Origin: Candidatus Latescibacterota bacterium
Lineage (GTDB): Bacteria > Latescibacterota > UBA2968 > UBA8231
Length of the DNA: 64,000 nucleotides
NCBI GenBank assembly: GCA_965243025.1
Contig: CBDETY010000003.1
Location: 6,272,001-6,336,000, forward strand
Reading direction: 5' to 3'
Numbering within the stretch: the stretch's first letter is position 1; every line of letters starts with the position of its first letter. Positions 39,747 to 49,433 of this stretch are shown here, piece after piece. The notes beneath the pieces were generated by a model. That model saw only the letters and a list, made by a program, of their open reading frames with translations. It searched no databases and was not told the DNA's origin. A program made the translations under genes and the position numbers.

Positions 39747-39900
39747 CCGCGGCAACCACCCCTGGACAGGCCTGTTCTCCGAAAGGACCGGGCTCTTGAA
39801 ATAGTGTCTCAGTTTGAATGAGACATTACCGTCTGGCAGAATGACCCGGTCACCCGGGAACCCGCTCCGCAGCCTGCCCCAGAACCTACCGGAGCCTCGC

Positions 39901-41304
39901 CTACCCCACTCCCACCCCACCCTCCGCTCGCAGCCACCTCCGCTCCTCCCCCTCGGCCCACGGATACCTGAAGTGCTCGGCCAGCTCCCGGTTGGCCGGC
40001 TGCTCCAGCAGCTCCTCCAGCGCCCCCCAGGCCTGCTCGTACGACCGCGTCTGGTGGTTCTCCAGCGTCTCCCACAGCAGCATGCTCCGGTCCCCGGTCC
40101 GGTACGCCTCCAGCTCCCGCTCCATCCTCAGGATCTCCGGAAGGACCTGCTCCAGCATGATCTTCTTCGGCAGCGGTTCCAGCTTCAGCGGCCGGATCCC
40201 CTCCCCGTCGATCACCGCCGGCACCTCGACGACGACGTCGTCGTCCACCCCGGGCAGGGCTCCCCGGTTCGGCACGTTGACCTGGAACTTCCCGCGCACG
40301 TCGTTGGCGAGCGCGTCGATGATCGGCACCTGCTGCTCCTGGGTGCGGGTGGTTCCGAAGACCTCCGTCATGCGCGCCTCCGGGTCGGCGCACGCCGCCC
40401 GCACCTGCTCCATCCTGCGGTCGAGGCGCTCGACGAACACCGGCCGCGCGATGTGCGTGTCCGGCCCTCCGAACGGCTCCCCGTACCAATGCTTCTTGGT
40501 GGCGATGTCGGTGTGATACCACCAGCCGCCCCGCCGCGGCGTGTCGCCGATCGGCATCAGCCCGTACATGCGGTACTGGTGGATGGTGCCGCGCGACAGC
40601 TGGATGTCGTGGGTCGAGCCCGCCTCGTGGGTCGCCCAGTAGTTCTCCCCCTCCTCCTCGATCCAGCGGTCGATCAGGGGATAGGCGTCCTCGCCGTCGT
40701 AGCGGAAGCTCGTCATCCAGATGCAGTGGTTGACCCCGGGCGCCTCGAAGTCGACGCGGTCGAGGTCGAGGCCGAGCTCGTCGACGATGTGCAGGTACCC
40801 GAGATGCCCGTGGCAGAGGCCGCAGATCCTGACCGGCATCTCCCTCGTCATCAGGGTGCAGCCGTCGAACACCGGGTTGCCGGACTGGATCAGCCACGCC
40901 TCCGGGCACAGCCGCTCCATGTCGCGGCCGAGCTCCATCATTACCCTGAACTGGTAGAAGGAGCCGGCCTCGACGCCGCGGTAGTAATACCCGTGCCTGG
41001 CCATCAGCTCCCTCATGTCGGCCTGATGGTGATGGCTCTGCACCATGGCGGTGTCGATGACGAAGTCGCAGCCGCGCAGCGCTTCGGCGCGGTCGGTGGT
41101 CTGCTGGAAGCGCAGCCGCGCCCCGACCTCGTCGGTGTAGCGCCCCGCCATGCGGGTGACGGCGTCGAGGCGCTCGGCGTCGATGTCCATGAAGTGGACC
41201 TCGCTCCCTTCGAGGTTGGGCGTCAGGCAGAGGTCCTTGACGAGGCCGAGGCTGAAGGTGGCGGAACCGGCGCCGATTACGCCGATGCGTACGGGACTGG
41301 GCAT
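39901..41304 (-). CDS. Family 4 glycoside hydrolase (NAD+-dependent alpha-glucosidase/galactosidase)
   Basis: IGAGSATF, MDIDAERL, QSGNP, GLCHG, GVNH, VVVEVP. Confidence 0.93.
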   Translation of the reverse strand: MPSPVRIGVIGAGSATFSLGLVKDLCLTPNLEGSEVHFMDIDAERLDAVTRMAGRYTDEVGARLRFQQTTDRAEALRGCDFVIDTAMVQSHHHQADMRELMARHGYYYRGVEAGSFYQFRVMMELGRDMERLCPEAWLIQSGNPVFDGCTLMTREMPVRICGLCHGHLGYLHIVDELGLDLDRVDFEAPGVNHCIWMTSFRYDGEDAYPLIDRWIEEEGENYWATHEAGSTHDIQLSRGTIHQYRMYGLMPIGDTPRRGGWWYHTDIATKKHWYGEPFGGPDTHIARPVFVERLDRRMEQVRAACADPEARMTEVFGTTRTQEQQVPIIDALANDVRGKFQVNVPNRGALPGVDDDVVVEVPAVIDGEGIRPLKLEPLPKKIMLEQVLPEILRMERELEAYRTGDRSMLLWETLENHQTRSYEQAWGALEELLEQPANRELAEHFRYPWAEGEERRWLRAEGGVGVG

Positions 41305-41560
41305 GTCATTCCTCCGGCGATCGAATTCGGGGACGCCGCCGGAGCGGGTCCCGGTGAGGTCTATGTTCCATTGTTATCGGCGACAGGTGGAAGGATTGGG
41401 TCAAGAACGGGTTCCATCGGGGCCATCAACATTAATGCCGCCGTGGTCCGCCGACACGGGCCCTCCGTTCATTTGGGTCGGGGGGCCGGTTGTCGCTGCC
41501 GAAGAGGCCGGGCCGTTTTCTGCCGGCCATTCCGTGTTGATTGCGCCTCGGAGCCGCCGG

Positions 41561-41855
41561 ACCGGCCCCCTTGTTTCGGTAGCTCGCGGGCGCCCGGTTG
41601 CCGCCGCTCGCGAAAGCCGGGTCATGCAGTGCCTCCTGGGCTCGCAACTCCGCACGTAATCCCGCCGCGGTCACCGGCCCTTTAGTTCCGTCGCTGGCGG
41701 AGCCCGGTTTTCACCCCTCGCGAGGGCCCCGGTCATGCAGTGCCACACGATCGCTCAATCGCGTGAATCCCGCCCGCTGCCCCGCCCGAACGGGTCCTTG
41801 GGTCCGTCGCTCGCCCGGCCCGGTTTGCCGCTCGCGAAAGCCCCAGGGCAGTGGC
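41561..41855. repeat. Three degenerate tandem repeats, period about 111-117 bp
   Basis: GGTCATGCAGTGCC at 41620 and 41731; GCCGCTCGCGAAAGCC at 41603 and 41827; TCCGTCGCT at 41687 and 41803; AATCCCGCC at 41658 and 41766. Confidence 0.8.
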
Positions 41856-42015
41856 TGCCCCCCGCAATACCGAGAGCATCCGGCCGGCCGCGGCAGCATT
41901 CCCGCTCGCGGCGTTTGCCTTCGCATGTCGGCCGCCCTGGTACGCCCGCTCCGGCTCCTCGCGAGCCTGCTGCATCGGCGGCCTTCGTTCATTACCCCTG
42001 TATTCGCACCCGGCA

Positions 42016-43122
42016 TCAGCCCAAGTTTCCCAAGACCGCGGCAGCCCCGGCCTCGTCCGATACCCCCTTCTCCCGGTTGCCGTATGTCAGGTTTCCCTGC
42101 ACCAGCACGTTCCGCGCGCCGGCCTCGACGCGGATTCCGTACCGCTGTCCGGCGTCGTCGACCTTGACGTGGTCGTGGACGGAGCAGATGCATCCCTGGA
42201 TCACCACCTGTTCCGCGCTCCCGGCGAGAATCCCCGCCTCCCGGTTGTTGTAGGCGTGGACGCCGCTGACGATGGTGTTGGCCGGGTCCCGGCCGCCCCC
42301 CTCGCCGTCGACGACGACGCCGCTGCCCCCGCGGGTGCCGCCGAAGTCGCTGCCGCCGGTGACCGTCGTGTCCTCGGTGTTGCGGCCGATCCGGATTCCC
42401 GCGCGGCCGTTGCGCACCCCGGTGACGCCGACGATCCGGATCCCCTGGTTGCGCTCGTACCCGCTCTCGGGGGAGGAAAGCAGAATCCCGCAATCCAGGC
42501 AATCCGAGAATTCGCCGCCGACCACCTTGACGTAGTGGCCGCGCTCGATCTTCAGGCCGACGCCGTTGACCTGGGGGTCGCAGAACTGGATCTGGGCGGC
42601 GTCGACCACGGCCCCCCGTTCGCCGCCGCCGCCGCGCAGGTGGAAGCCGATGCCGCAGTGGTTGGCGCCGACGTTGTGCAGCGAGAGCAGGTCGGTGGCG
42701 CCGCGCACCAGGATGCCGGCCTTGCCGTTCTCCTTCCCCGAGCCGACGAAGTGCAGGTCGCTGACGGTGACCCCGGCCGCCTTGATGCGGTTGCCGAAGA
42801 TGTCGAGCAGGTCGATGGCCCGGTCCGATCTCAGGACGGTGCCACCGCCGCCCCGGATACCGCGGGCCGCCCCCTGCAGGTGGACGCCGTGCCGGTCTTC
42901 TATGGTCACCGTCGAGGTCAGGTCCCAGGTGCCGGCGGCGATGGTTATGCGGCCGCCTTCGGTGGGCAGGCTGTCGACGGCCCCCTGGATGACCGCGGAG
43001 GCGTCCCCGCCGCCGGCGACGACGCGGCCTCCCATGGCCGAGGCGGCCGCCGCTTCACCCGCGGGGTTCCGGTGGATGTAGATGTCGGGGGACATCGCGG
43101 GAGCGGTCACTTTCTCTTGCAT
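42016..43122 (-). CDS. Right-handed parallel beta-helix (pectate lyase-like) protein
   Basis: DASAVIQGAVDSL..GGRITIAAGTW and repeating N...GI.I motifs. Confidence 0.8.
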   Translation of the reverse strand: MQEKVTAPAMSPDIYIHRNPAGEAAAASAMGGRVVAGGGDASAVIQGAVDSLPTEGGRITIAAGTWDLTSTVTIEDRHGVHLQGAARGIRGGGGTVLRSDRAIDLLDIFGNRIKAAGVTVSDLHFVGSGKENGKAGILVRGATDLLSLHNVGANHCGIGFHLRGGGGERGAVVDAAQIQFCDPQVNGVGLKIERGHYVKVVGGEFSDCLDCGILLSSPESGYERNQGIRIVGVTGVRNGRAGIRIGRNTEDTTVTGGSDFGGTRGGSGVVVDGEGGGRDPANTIVSGVHAYNNREAGILAGSAEQVVIQGCICSVHDHVKVDDAGQRYGIRVEAGARNVLVQGNLTYGNREKGVSDEAGAAAVLGNLG

Positions 43123-43247
43123 TGCTTTGAGCGGGCGCAGGCAGATGGTTCACCCGTCCCGGCCTGCCCCGGGTTTGCCCGCAGCTCCGCGCTGGCCGGC
43201 GGCATCCCCGGAGTCGAACAGGGCCGGGCTTCTCCCGCTGCGGTTTT

Positions 43248-45197
43248 TCACCAGAAGAAGAGGTAGTTGCCCTGCATGCCGGTGAAGCCGTCGACCACCA
43301 GCCACAGCCCTCCGGTCAGGTACTGTCCCAGAATCAGGCCCAGGAAAAAGGGCCGGACGCGATTGTACAGTCCCACGCCCCCGTGGTGCAAAGCGACGGT
43401 CTTGGCCACCCAGGCCACGAACATGCTGGCCATCACCTGGTGAGTGCACCAGACTGCGCCGATGGGGAAGCTCAGGGGGTGTATGGGCCACCACGCCAGG
43501 CGCTGGTGGGCGAGGGTCAACAGGATCTGCACCACGCCCCCGAACCCGACGAAGGCGAGGCTGTCCCAGCGCACGGCGCTGTCGGCGGCCAGGTGGTAGG
43601 AGATGAAGTCGAAGATCCGCCCTCCGGCCGCGGTTCCGAAGAACCAGTGGGCGCTCAGGTTTACCGCGCCGTGCCGGTAACCGAGCAGGAACATGGTTAC
43701 CGCTGCGCAGCAGATCGAGGCGGCCATCGCCGCGGCGATTCCCAGCAGCAGGCGCTTCCTCTGCCCCGCGACCATCCCGTGCGCAAGTTTCAGCCCGTGA
43801 GCCACGGCCGACATGGCCGATGTCCGCATCTCTCCGGCCCAGGGCAGGGTCATGCCGAGGGCGCCGACGCTCGCCGCCGGCATGTTGGCGCTGCCCACTG
43901 CGGCGACAACGAAATCCCCGGGCATGATGGGAATCCGGCTGACGGCGAGGCCGCCCTCGACGACTACCCGCGTGATTCCCAGAAGAAGCAGGAAGAACAG
44001 GACCAGGAACGCCGCGGCAACCCCGGCAGGCATCCCGGTTGCGACGAGCCAGGAGGCGATGAGGGCAAGGCTCCCGGTCAGCAGAAGGACCGTCTGCCGG
44101 CAGGTGAGAAGCTCCTCCCGTTCTCCCTCGCCGCCGCCTCGCCATGCCTGGACCAGGAACCTCCGGATATGGCGGCGCGCCACCCACAGCGCCGTCGCGG
44201 AAAAAACCAGCATGGCCCCCGTCCCCTGGTACGCGGGATAGACAGCGGGGCTGGTGTTGAATACCAGGCGCTCTCCACTGAAAAGGCCGACCCGCATCAG
44301 CACCACTTCCTCGATGATGGTCAGCGCCGCCATGAACCAGATCGAGAAGCTCAGTTTCGTGGTCAACAGGAAGCCGAAACCGATCCCCGCCCAGTTGATG
44401 CCCATCGGAATGTCCACGGCTCCGTCGGCGAAGAGCACATGGATGAAGGTGGGCAGACCCATCGGGAAGTTCGGGTGGTAGTGGTGCAGGGCCTTCATGG
44501 AGTAGAGGACCAGCGGAACACCTGCCCCCAACCAGAAAACGGGGTTCCCGAGTACCGATGCCGGCCGTATCCCGTTCTCCCGTTCCCCCCCGATCAGGGC
44601 GATCGGAACCTGTACCAGGGGGTAGAGGAGGCGCTCGTTGTCCATCCATTGCCGGCGCAGCATGATCGTCAGGGCGACGATGCTTCCCAGCAGGCCGCAC
44701 ACCAGCACTCCCCACGCCGCCAGGGGTTCGAGCCAGGCCTCCCACGGTATGCGTTCGCCGCGCGAAAGCCCCTCGAAAAACCCCCGGGCTGCCGACCGGT
44801 CGCCGACGATGAGCCAGGGCTGCAGGTGCGGGAGCACGGTCTCGAGCCACTTGTTCTCCGTGGACGCGTAGTAGATTCCGCCGGAGATGGCGGGAATCAG
44901 CATCCCCACCAGGCCGTTGGTGGGCAGGACGCAGGCCACCATGGCCATGATGTACAGGGTCGCCAGCTCGACCCGTGAAAACTCCCAGGATCGACGCGCC
45001 AGGCGTAGGGCGGGGTTGACGACGAGCACCAGCAGGGAGAAGGCGAAGAGCGCCGCCCCCATGCTGTAGTCGAAGTTCATCGTCGAACCCGAGATCATCA
45101 GGTTCTCCCAGGCCGCACCCCCACCGATTGCCGCAGCCAGCAGTATCCCCGCGATCAGGGCGCGCACCGTGATCCCCCGGTCATTCGTCGCTGTCAC
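43248..45197 (-). CDS. DUF6785/DUF6784-like polytopic membrane protein (putative peptide/oligomer transporter)
   Basis: RRQWMDNERLLYPL, WWPIHPLSF, RPFFLGLILG; many TM segments. Confidence 0.8.
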   Translation of the reverse strand: MTATNDRGITVRALIAGILLAAAIGGGAAWENLMISGSTMNFDYSMGAALFAFSLLVLVVNPALRLARRSWEFSRVELATLYIMAMVACVLPTNGLVGMLIPAISGGIYYASTENKWLETVLPHLQPWLIVGDRSAARGFFEGLSRGERIPWEAWLEPLAAWGVLVCGLLGSIVALTIMLRRQWMDNERLLYPLVQVPIALIGGERENGIRPASVLGNPVFWLGAGVPLVLYSMKALHHYHPNFPMGLPTFIHVLFADGAVDIPMGINWAGIGFGFLLTTKLSFSIWFMAALTIIEEVVLMRVGLFSGERLVFNTSPAVYPAYQGTGAMLVFSATALWVARRHIRRFLVQAWRGGGEGEREELLTCRQTVLLLTGSLALIASWLVATGMPAGVAAAFLVLFFLLLLGITRVVVEGGLAVSRIPIMPGDFVVAAVGSANMPAASVGALGMTLPWAGEMRTSAMSAVAHGLKLAHGMVAGQRKRLLLGIAAAMAASICCAAVTMFLLGYRHGAVNLSAHWFFGTAAGGRIFDFISYHLAADSAVRWDSLAFVGFGGVVQILLTLAHQRLAWWPIHPLSFPIGAVWCTHQVMASMFVAWVAKTVALHHGGVGLYNRVRPFFLGLILGQYLTGGLWLVVDGFTGMQGNYLFFW

Positions 45198-45232
45198 GGT
45201 TTTTCCCCGGGCGCGCTTCTCCTGCTGCCGAC

Positions 45233-45264
45233 AAAAAAAAGGGAGTGCCTTTCGACACTCCCTT
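45233..45264 (-). terminator. Rho-independent terminator after tRNA-Glu
   Basis: Minus strand AAGGGAGTGTC-GAAA-GGCACTCCCTT followed by a T run. Confidence 0.9.
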
Positions 45265-45274
45265 CTAAAATTCG

Positions 45275-45350
45275 TGGTAGCCCGTACGGGATTCGAACCC
45301 GTGTTACCGGCGTGAGAGGCCGGCGTCCTAGGCCTCTAGACGAACGGGCC
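45275..45350 (-). tRNA. tRNA-Glu (anticodon CTC)
   Basis: GGCCCGTTCGTCTAGAGGCCTAGGACGCCGGCCTCTCACGCCGGTAACACGGGTTCGAATCCCGTACGGGCTACCA; T-loop GTTCGAATC, encoded CCA. Confidence 0.97.
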
Positions 45351-45478
45351 ATGGTGCGGTTGGGAATCGGTTAATTCTATCCCGGAACGGCGCCGCTGTC
45401 AACGGTTTGGAGGCTCCCGAAGGCTGTCCGTAAAACCGTGTCCATCCCTATATTCGGCCCCTTCCGGCGCTTCCGATC

Positions 45479-46228
45479 ATGAACAAGCCTTCCTTCACGA
45501 CCGGCTACGAGAACCTGTCCCTGGCGGACCGGCTCATGCGCGTGGTGTACGCCCCGCGGACGAGCTACGAAGCGGTGCGGGACGACCCGACGTCGCAGGA
45601 CTGGCTGCTGCCGGTCATGCTGATGTGCCTGGTCTGGATCGGCTCGAACTACGCGACCCTGTCGGTCACCGCCGACCCCGGGCTGCCGGCGATGCAGGAG
45701 CGCCTCGACGGGTTGTCGGAGGAGCATCGGCAGCAGGCCATGGAGAATCTCGAAACCTGGCGCGACCACGGCTGGATGACCCTGCCCCTGGTGAACGGCC
45801 TTTCGACGGTCGTCTGCGTCGGTCTGGTGATGCTGGGGGTCGGGCGCTGGATCCTGCGCGCCGACGTCACCCTGCGGCAGATGCTGACCCTGAAGGGGTA
45901 CGCCGCGGTCATCGTCGCCATCGAGAAAGTCGTCAGCACGCCGCTGATGCTGATTTCCCAGAAGCCGTTCGTCCACCTCGGGCCGGGGGCTTTCGTAGGG
46001 GAGGAGGCGGCCGGCACCTTCCTGGGCAAGATGCTGATCGGCATCAACCTGTTCGACCTGTGGCAGGTGTACGTCGTCGGCATCGGGCTGTCGGTTATGG
46101 CCCAGGTCCCGGTGAACCGGGCGCTTCCGTTGGTGCTGTTCCTCTGGGTGTTCTGGCTGGCGATGGGCGCCGCGGTTCCCGAGCCGCCGGGGCCGCTTCC
46201 CCCGGCGCCGGAAACGCCGGCCGGGTAG
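45479..46228 (+). CDS. Yip1-family membrane protein
   Basis: RVVYAPRTSYEAVRDDP..WLLP, INLFDLWQVYVVGIGLS; about 5 TM segments. Confidence 0.8.
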   Translation: MNKPSFTTGYENLSLADRLMRVVYAPRTSYEAVRDDPTSQDWLLPVMLMCLVWIGSNYATLSVTADPGLPAMQERLDGLSEEHRQQAMENLETWRDHGWMTLPLVNGLSTVVCVGLVMLGVGRWILRADVTLRQMLTLKGYAAVIVAIEKVVSTPLMLISQKPFVHLGPGAFVGEEAAGTFLGKMLIGINLFDLWQVYVVGIGLSVMAQVPVNRALPLVLFLWVFWLAMGAAVPEPPGPLPPAPETPAG

Positions 46229-46236
46229 CGCTGGCG

Positions 46237-46382
46237 TTATTCGGCTGCACCCAGACTTCCACTTCGTCGATCACGATATCCCCCCCGGCATCCGGGTCTC
46301 CCTTCGTCAGCGTCATTTCCAGCCGGTTGTCGCCATGGGCCATCGCCTCCGGCGGCACCGGGAACCAGCGGGTTCCGGGATG
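46237..46382 (-). pseudogene. Orphan 3' fragment of a larger gene (beta-sandwich-like C-terminus)
   Basis: Protein-like RWFPVPPEAMAHGDNRLEMTLTKGDPDAGGDIVIDEVEVWVQP begins directly after an in-frame TAG next to the higBA promoter. Confidence 0.5.
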
Positions 46383-46413
46383 CTAGCCACTACCGTGGTT
46401 CGCCCGGAGGCCG

Positions 46414-46442
46414 TTGCGATTTATCGCAAAATGCGATAATGT
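46414..46442 (+). promoter_or_regulatory. higBA promoter/operator
   Basis: TTGCGA-17bp-TAATGT; inverted repeat TTATCGCA-aaa-TGCGATAA at 46421-46439; ATG follows 7 nt after the -10. Confidence 0.7.
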
Positions 46443-46449
46443 CTTTTGA

Positions 46450-46737
46450 ATGCACGTCATCTCTCGCAAAGCCCTTCGTGAGTTTTGGGCACGGCATCCC
46501 GATAGCAAGATGCCCCTGAGTCGGTGGTTCAGAATCATGCGGCAGACCCGGTTCAACAGCTTCACCGCCTTGCGCCACACCTTTCCTTCTGCCGACAAAG
46601 TCGGGGATTTTGTCGTGTTCAACATCGCCGGCAACAAGTACCGCCTGGTTGCCTCCATTCACTTCAATCGGGAAAAAGTGTATATCCGTCATGTACTTAC
46701 ACACCATGCCTACGACCGTGGAGAATGGAAGACATGA
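46450..46737 (+). CDS. higB: Type II toxin HigB
   Basis: MHVISRKALREFW..HPD, FPSADKVG..VVFNIAGNKYRL, VLTH..YD. Confidence 0.92.
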   Translation: MHVISRKALREFWARHPDSKMPLSRWFRIMRQTRFNSFTALRHTFPSADKVGDFVVFNIAGNKYRLVASIHFNREKVYIRHVLTHHAYDRGEWKT

Positions 46738-47132
46738 GCGTCATTACCCCACAGCATCGGCGATCCTGGACGCAAGTGAGTTCCCTGCTCAGGATTGGGA
46801 ACGAGCAGGAGTATGATCTGGCCCTGGAGCGCCTCAACAGCTTGGTTGATGAAGTGGGTACTGATGAGCGGCATCCACTCTATTCTCTGCTCGATACCCT
46901 TGGTGCAGTTGTCCATGCCTGGGAGGAACAACATCATCCCATGCCAACTCCGGGGGGGGCCGATTCACTTCGATTTCTTATGGAAGAGCACGAATTGACC
47001 CAGTCGGATTTGCCTGAGGTGGGTTCTCAAGGGGTGGTTTCGGAGATTCTGGGGGGCAAGCGGGCCCTGAACGTCAGGCAGATACGCGCCCTGTCCGAAC
47101 GGTTCGGCGTTTCACCCGCAGTTTTCGTCTAG
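46734..47132 (+). CDS. higA: Antitoxin HigA (C-terminal HTH)
   Basis: ATGA coupling; LRFLMEEHELTQSDLPEVGSQGVVSEILGGKRALNVRQIRALSERF. Confidence 0.92.
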   Translation: MSVITPQHRRSWTQVSSLLRIGNEQEYDLALERLNSLVDEVGTDERHPLYSLLDTLGAVVHAWEEQHHPMPTPGGADSLRFLMEEHELTQSDLPEVGSQGVVSEILGGKRALNVRQIRALSERFGVSPAVFV

Positions 47133-47291
47133 TGCCTGCGCGCCGATTGGTCCCAAATGCCGTCCCGGGCAGCCCGGGTCAGCGGAAAAATTGCCCCGAA
47201 GCTCCTCTCCCAGGTTGGGACCGGGGCATTCAAACCGGCGCCCGGTAGATACCGGTCAGGCCCGGTACCTGTCTGGAAATGCAATTGCCTG

Positions 47292-48431
47292 TCAGGGCAG
47301 GCCGGCTTCGCGGCAGAATGTCGAGAACGGCAGCACGCGGGTGCCGGTGTTTTCGTTGCCGAAGTCCCTCTCGCCCAGGTGAACCTGGTAGAACCGCGGG
47401 ATATCCGTCCGCTCCCTGAAATACCGGCATGCCGGGGCGGCGCTCTGCTCCCCGCTCTTGCACTCGACCGCGAATTCGGCAGCTCCGCCGCGGAGAACGA
47501 CGAAGTCCACCTCCCGCCTGTCGGTATCGCGGATGAAGCGCAGCTCCATCTCGTACCCTTCCGTGTCCTCGACGAAGTGGCAGTATTTCAGGAGATGGCC
47601 GGCCACCATGTTCTCGAAGCGGACGCCCCGGTCGGGAACGCGCGACCAGTCCCAGAAATACAGCTTCCTTTCCTTGCGGACCGCCCTGATCCTCGTCCCT
47701 CCGAACGGTGGAATGCGGTAGCAGAGGTACAGCCTTTCGAAGATCGTCAGCCAGCGTTCGACCGATTCGTGCGACGCCTGCAGCAGCCGGGCCAGGCTGT
47801 TGACGGAGAGCGGGGAGCCCACGCACCCCGGCAGGTGAGACAGCAGGAGATCCAGCATCGAAATCTCCCTGACGTTCTCCAGGTCGCGGAGGTCCTCGTG
47901 GATGATCCTCGAGGAATGCTCGCGCTGCCAGCGGCGATGGAAGCGCACCTCTCCCCTGAGAAACGGCTCGGGGAAACCGCCGAACCGGAGCAGCTGCTCC
48001 GATAACGCCTCATCAGGAGCCGCCCCGTATTCCGTCGCCGTGAAAGGATGCAGCCGGAAGTAGTGGTACCGCCCCTGCAGGGAATCTCCCCCCTTGCGGT
48101 AGTAGTCGAGCCGCGCCGACCCGGTGACGATGAAGGAAACGGAGCTTCTGTTCCTGTCGAACAGTCCCTTCACCAGATTCCGCCAGCGCGCGAACTTGTG
48201 GATCTCGTCGAAGATGATACGGGGCTGCCCGGAGGGCAGGCGTTCCGCCAGGATATTCTCGCGGTCTGCAAGCGCGTCCCAGTTGAGGTAAGCCGGGGAC
48301 GACTCGTTGCTGCCGGGTCCGAGCAGAGAAAGGGCAAGGGTGGTTTTTCCGACCTGCCGCGGCCCGCCGACGAATACCATCCGGTTGGCGAGGTCCGCTT
48401 CGATATGGTCCCTGACGTAGCGCGGCTCCAT
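47292..48431 (-). CDS. AAA+ ATPase (AAA_14 + DUF4143)
   Basis: GPRQVGKTT, IIFDEIHK, VTGSA, SLQGR, GGFPE, KLYFWD, EVDFVV...ECK. Confidence 0.9.
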   Translation of the reverse strand: MEPRYVRDHIEADLANRMVFVGGPRQVGKTTLALSLLGPGSNESSPAYLNWDALADRENILAERLPSGQPRIIFDEIHKFARWRNLVKGLFDRNRSSVSFIVTGSARLDYYRKGGDSLQGRYHYFRLHPFTATEYGAAPDEALSEQLLRFGGFPEPFLRGEVRFHRRWQREHSSRIIHEDLRDLENVREISMLDLLLSHLPGCVGSPLSVNSLARLLQASHESVERWLTIFERLYLCYRIPPFGGTRIRAVRKERKLYFWDWSRVPDRGVRFENMVAGHLLKYCHFVEDTEGYEMELRFIRDTDRREVDFVVLRGGAAEFAVECKSGEQSAAPACRYFRERTDIPRFYQVHLGERDFGNENTGTRVLPFSTFCREAGLP

Positions 48432-48670
48432 CCTTTTGCCAGCCCAGGAGAAAGGCGTTGGTGTTTCAGGTAATACCTTAATTTACTCATGAGTATTTCA
48501 GAGTCAACATGAAAATAGTCATGGACAGGATGGCAACCCTCGGAATGTCTGTCGGGAGTCCCACCAACCCGTCGGCTTCCTTCCTCATGCGCGTTGCCCG
48601 GGGAGGTTGATCGAAGTTACTTTGACCTTGAGATCCGGGAAAAGTTTGGATACATATAACATCGGGAATC

Positions 48671-48907
48671 ATGCCGACTATTCTGAGAAGCGGACCGTAT
48701 CAATTTTACTTTCTTTCCGGGGACCAAGGCGAACCTCCGCATGTACATGTCAGGCGAGATCGGCAATTCGCCAAGTTTTGGTTGGAACCCGTTGTTCTGC
48801 AGAAGGCAGGTAGCTTCGACACACCGGAAATTCAGCGCATTCAGAGGATCGTACGACAGAACCAAACAGCATTTTTGGAGGCGTGGCATGACTTCTTTGA
48901 CAATTGA
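48671..48907 (+). CDS. DUF4160 domain protein (putative toxin)
   Basis: MPTILR.GPY.FYF.S....EPPHVHV...AKFWLEP. Confidence 0.88.
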   Translation: MPTILRSGPYQFYFLSGDQGEPPHVHVRRDRQFAKFWLEPVVLQKAGSFDTPEIQRIQRIVRQNQTAFLEAWHDFFDN

Positions 48908-49214
48908 ACTGGAATTACCCAGGGCCACTTGCATCCGAGCTACCGACGATACACTGACAGCGGAGTTGGCTGACGGACGCCGTATTTCCGTCCCGCTGAC
49001 TTGGTATCCCAGGCTCGTTCACGCAACGCAGGAAGAACGAAACCACTGGGAGCTGATCGGCGACGGGCAGCACATCCACTGGAAGGATCTCGACGAGGAC
49101 ATCAGCGTGGAGAACCTGATGGCTGGACAGCCTTCAGGGGAAAGCAAGCGATCCTTTGAGCGGTGGCTCACTGCAAAAAAAGAAGGACGTGATCTCACAC
49201 TCGATGAGCTATAA
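48888..49214 (+). CDS. DUF2442 domain protein (putative antitoxin)
   Basis: LADGRRISVPLTWYPRLVHAT.EER..WELIG.G..IHW.DLDEDISV. Confidence 0.88.
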   Translation: MTSLTIELELPRATCIRATDDTLTAELADGRRISVPLTWYPRLVHATQEERNHWELIGDGQHIHWKDLDEDISVENLMAGQPSGESKRSFERWLTAKKEGRDLTLDEL

Positions 49215-49433
49215 ACAAAAGCCCCAAAATTTCAACGCCGGGGGACAGCTGTATTTGTGTGAAGATCCCCCCCTCGGCTTTGCCCTTGCCCGAGGTTCCA
49301 TAAGTAACTCCCAAATCCCGTGGCGGCCCCCTCCTGCCGTCGGTACATTTGAAACCCCTCGGCATCCCCGCCGATCGCAGCGCCCCCACCGCATCTTCTC
49401 CCCCGCGCACCAGCCGCCGCCCTGGGAATTTCC

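Noticed and set aside
35492-39777. GCCTGTTC at both island edges as att/target duplication
   Set aside because: Only 8 bp, expected by chance; no integrase.
41561-41855. Possible CRISPR array or c-di-GMP-I riboswitch tandem
   Set aside because: Repeats are too long and degenerate and no cas genes are present; GGCAAACC appears on the minus strand but the GGGACGCAAAG core is absent.
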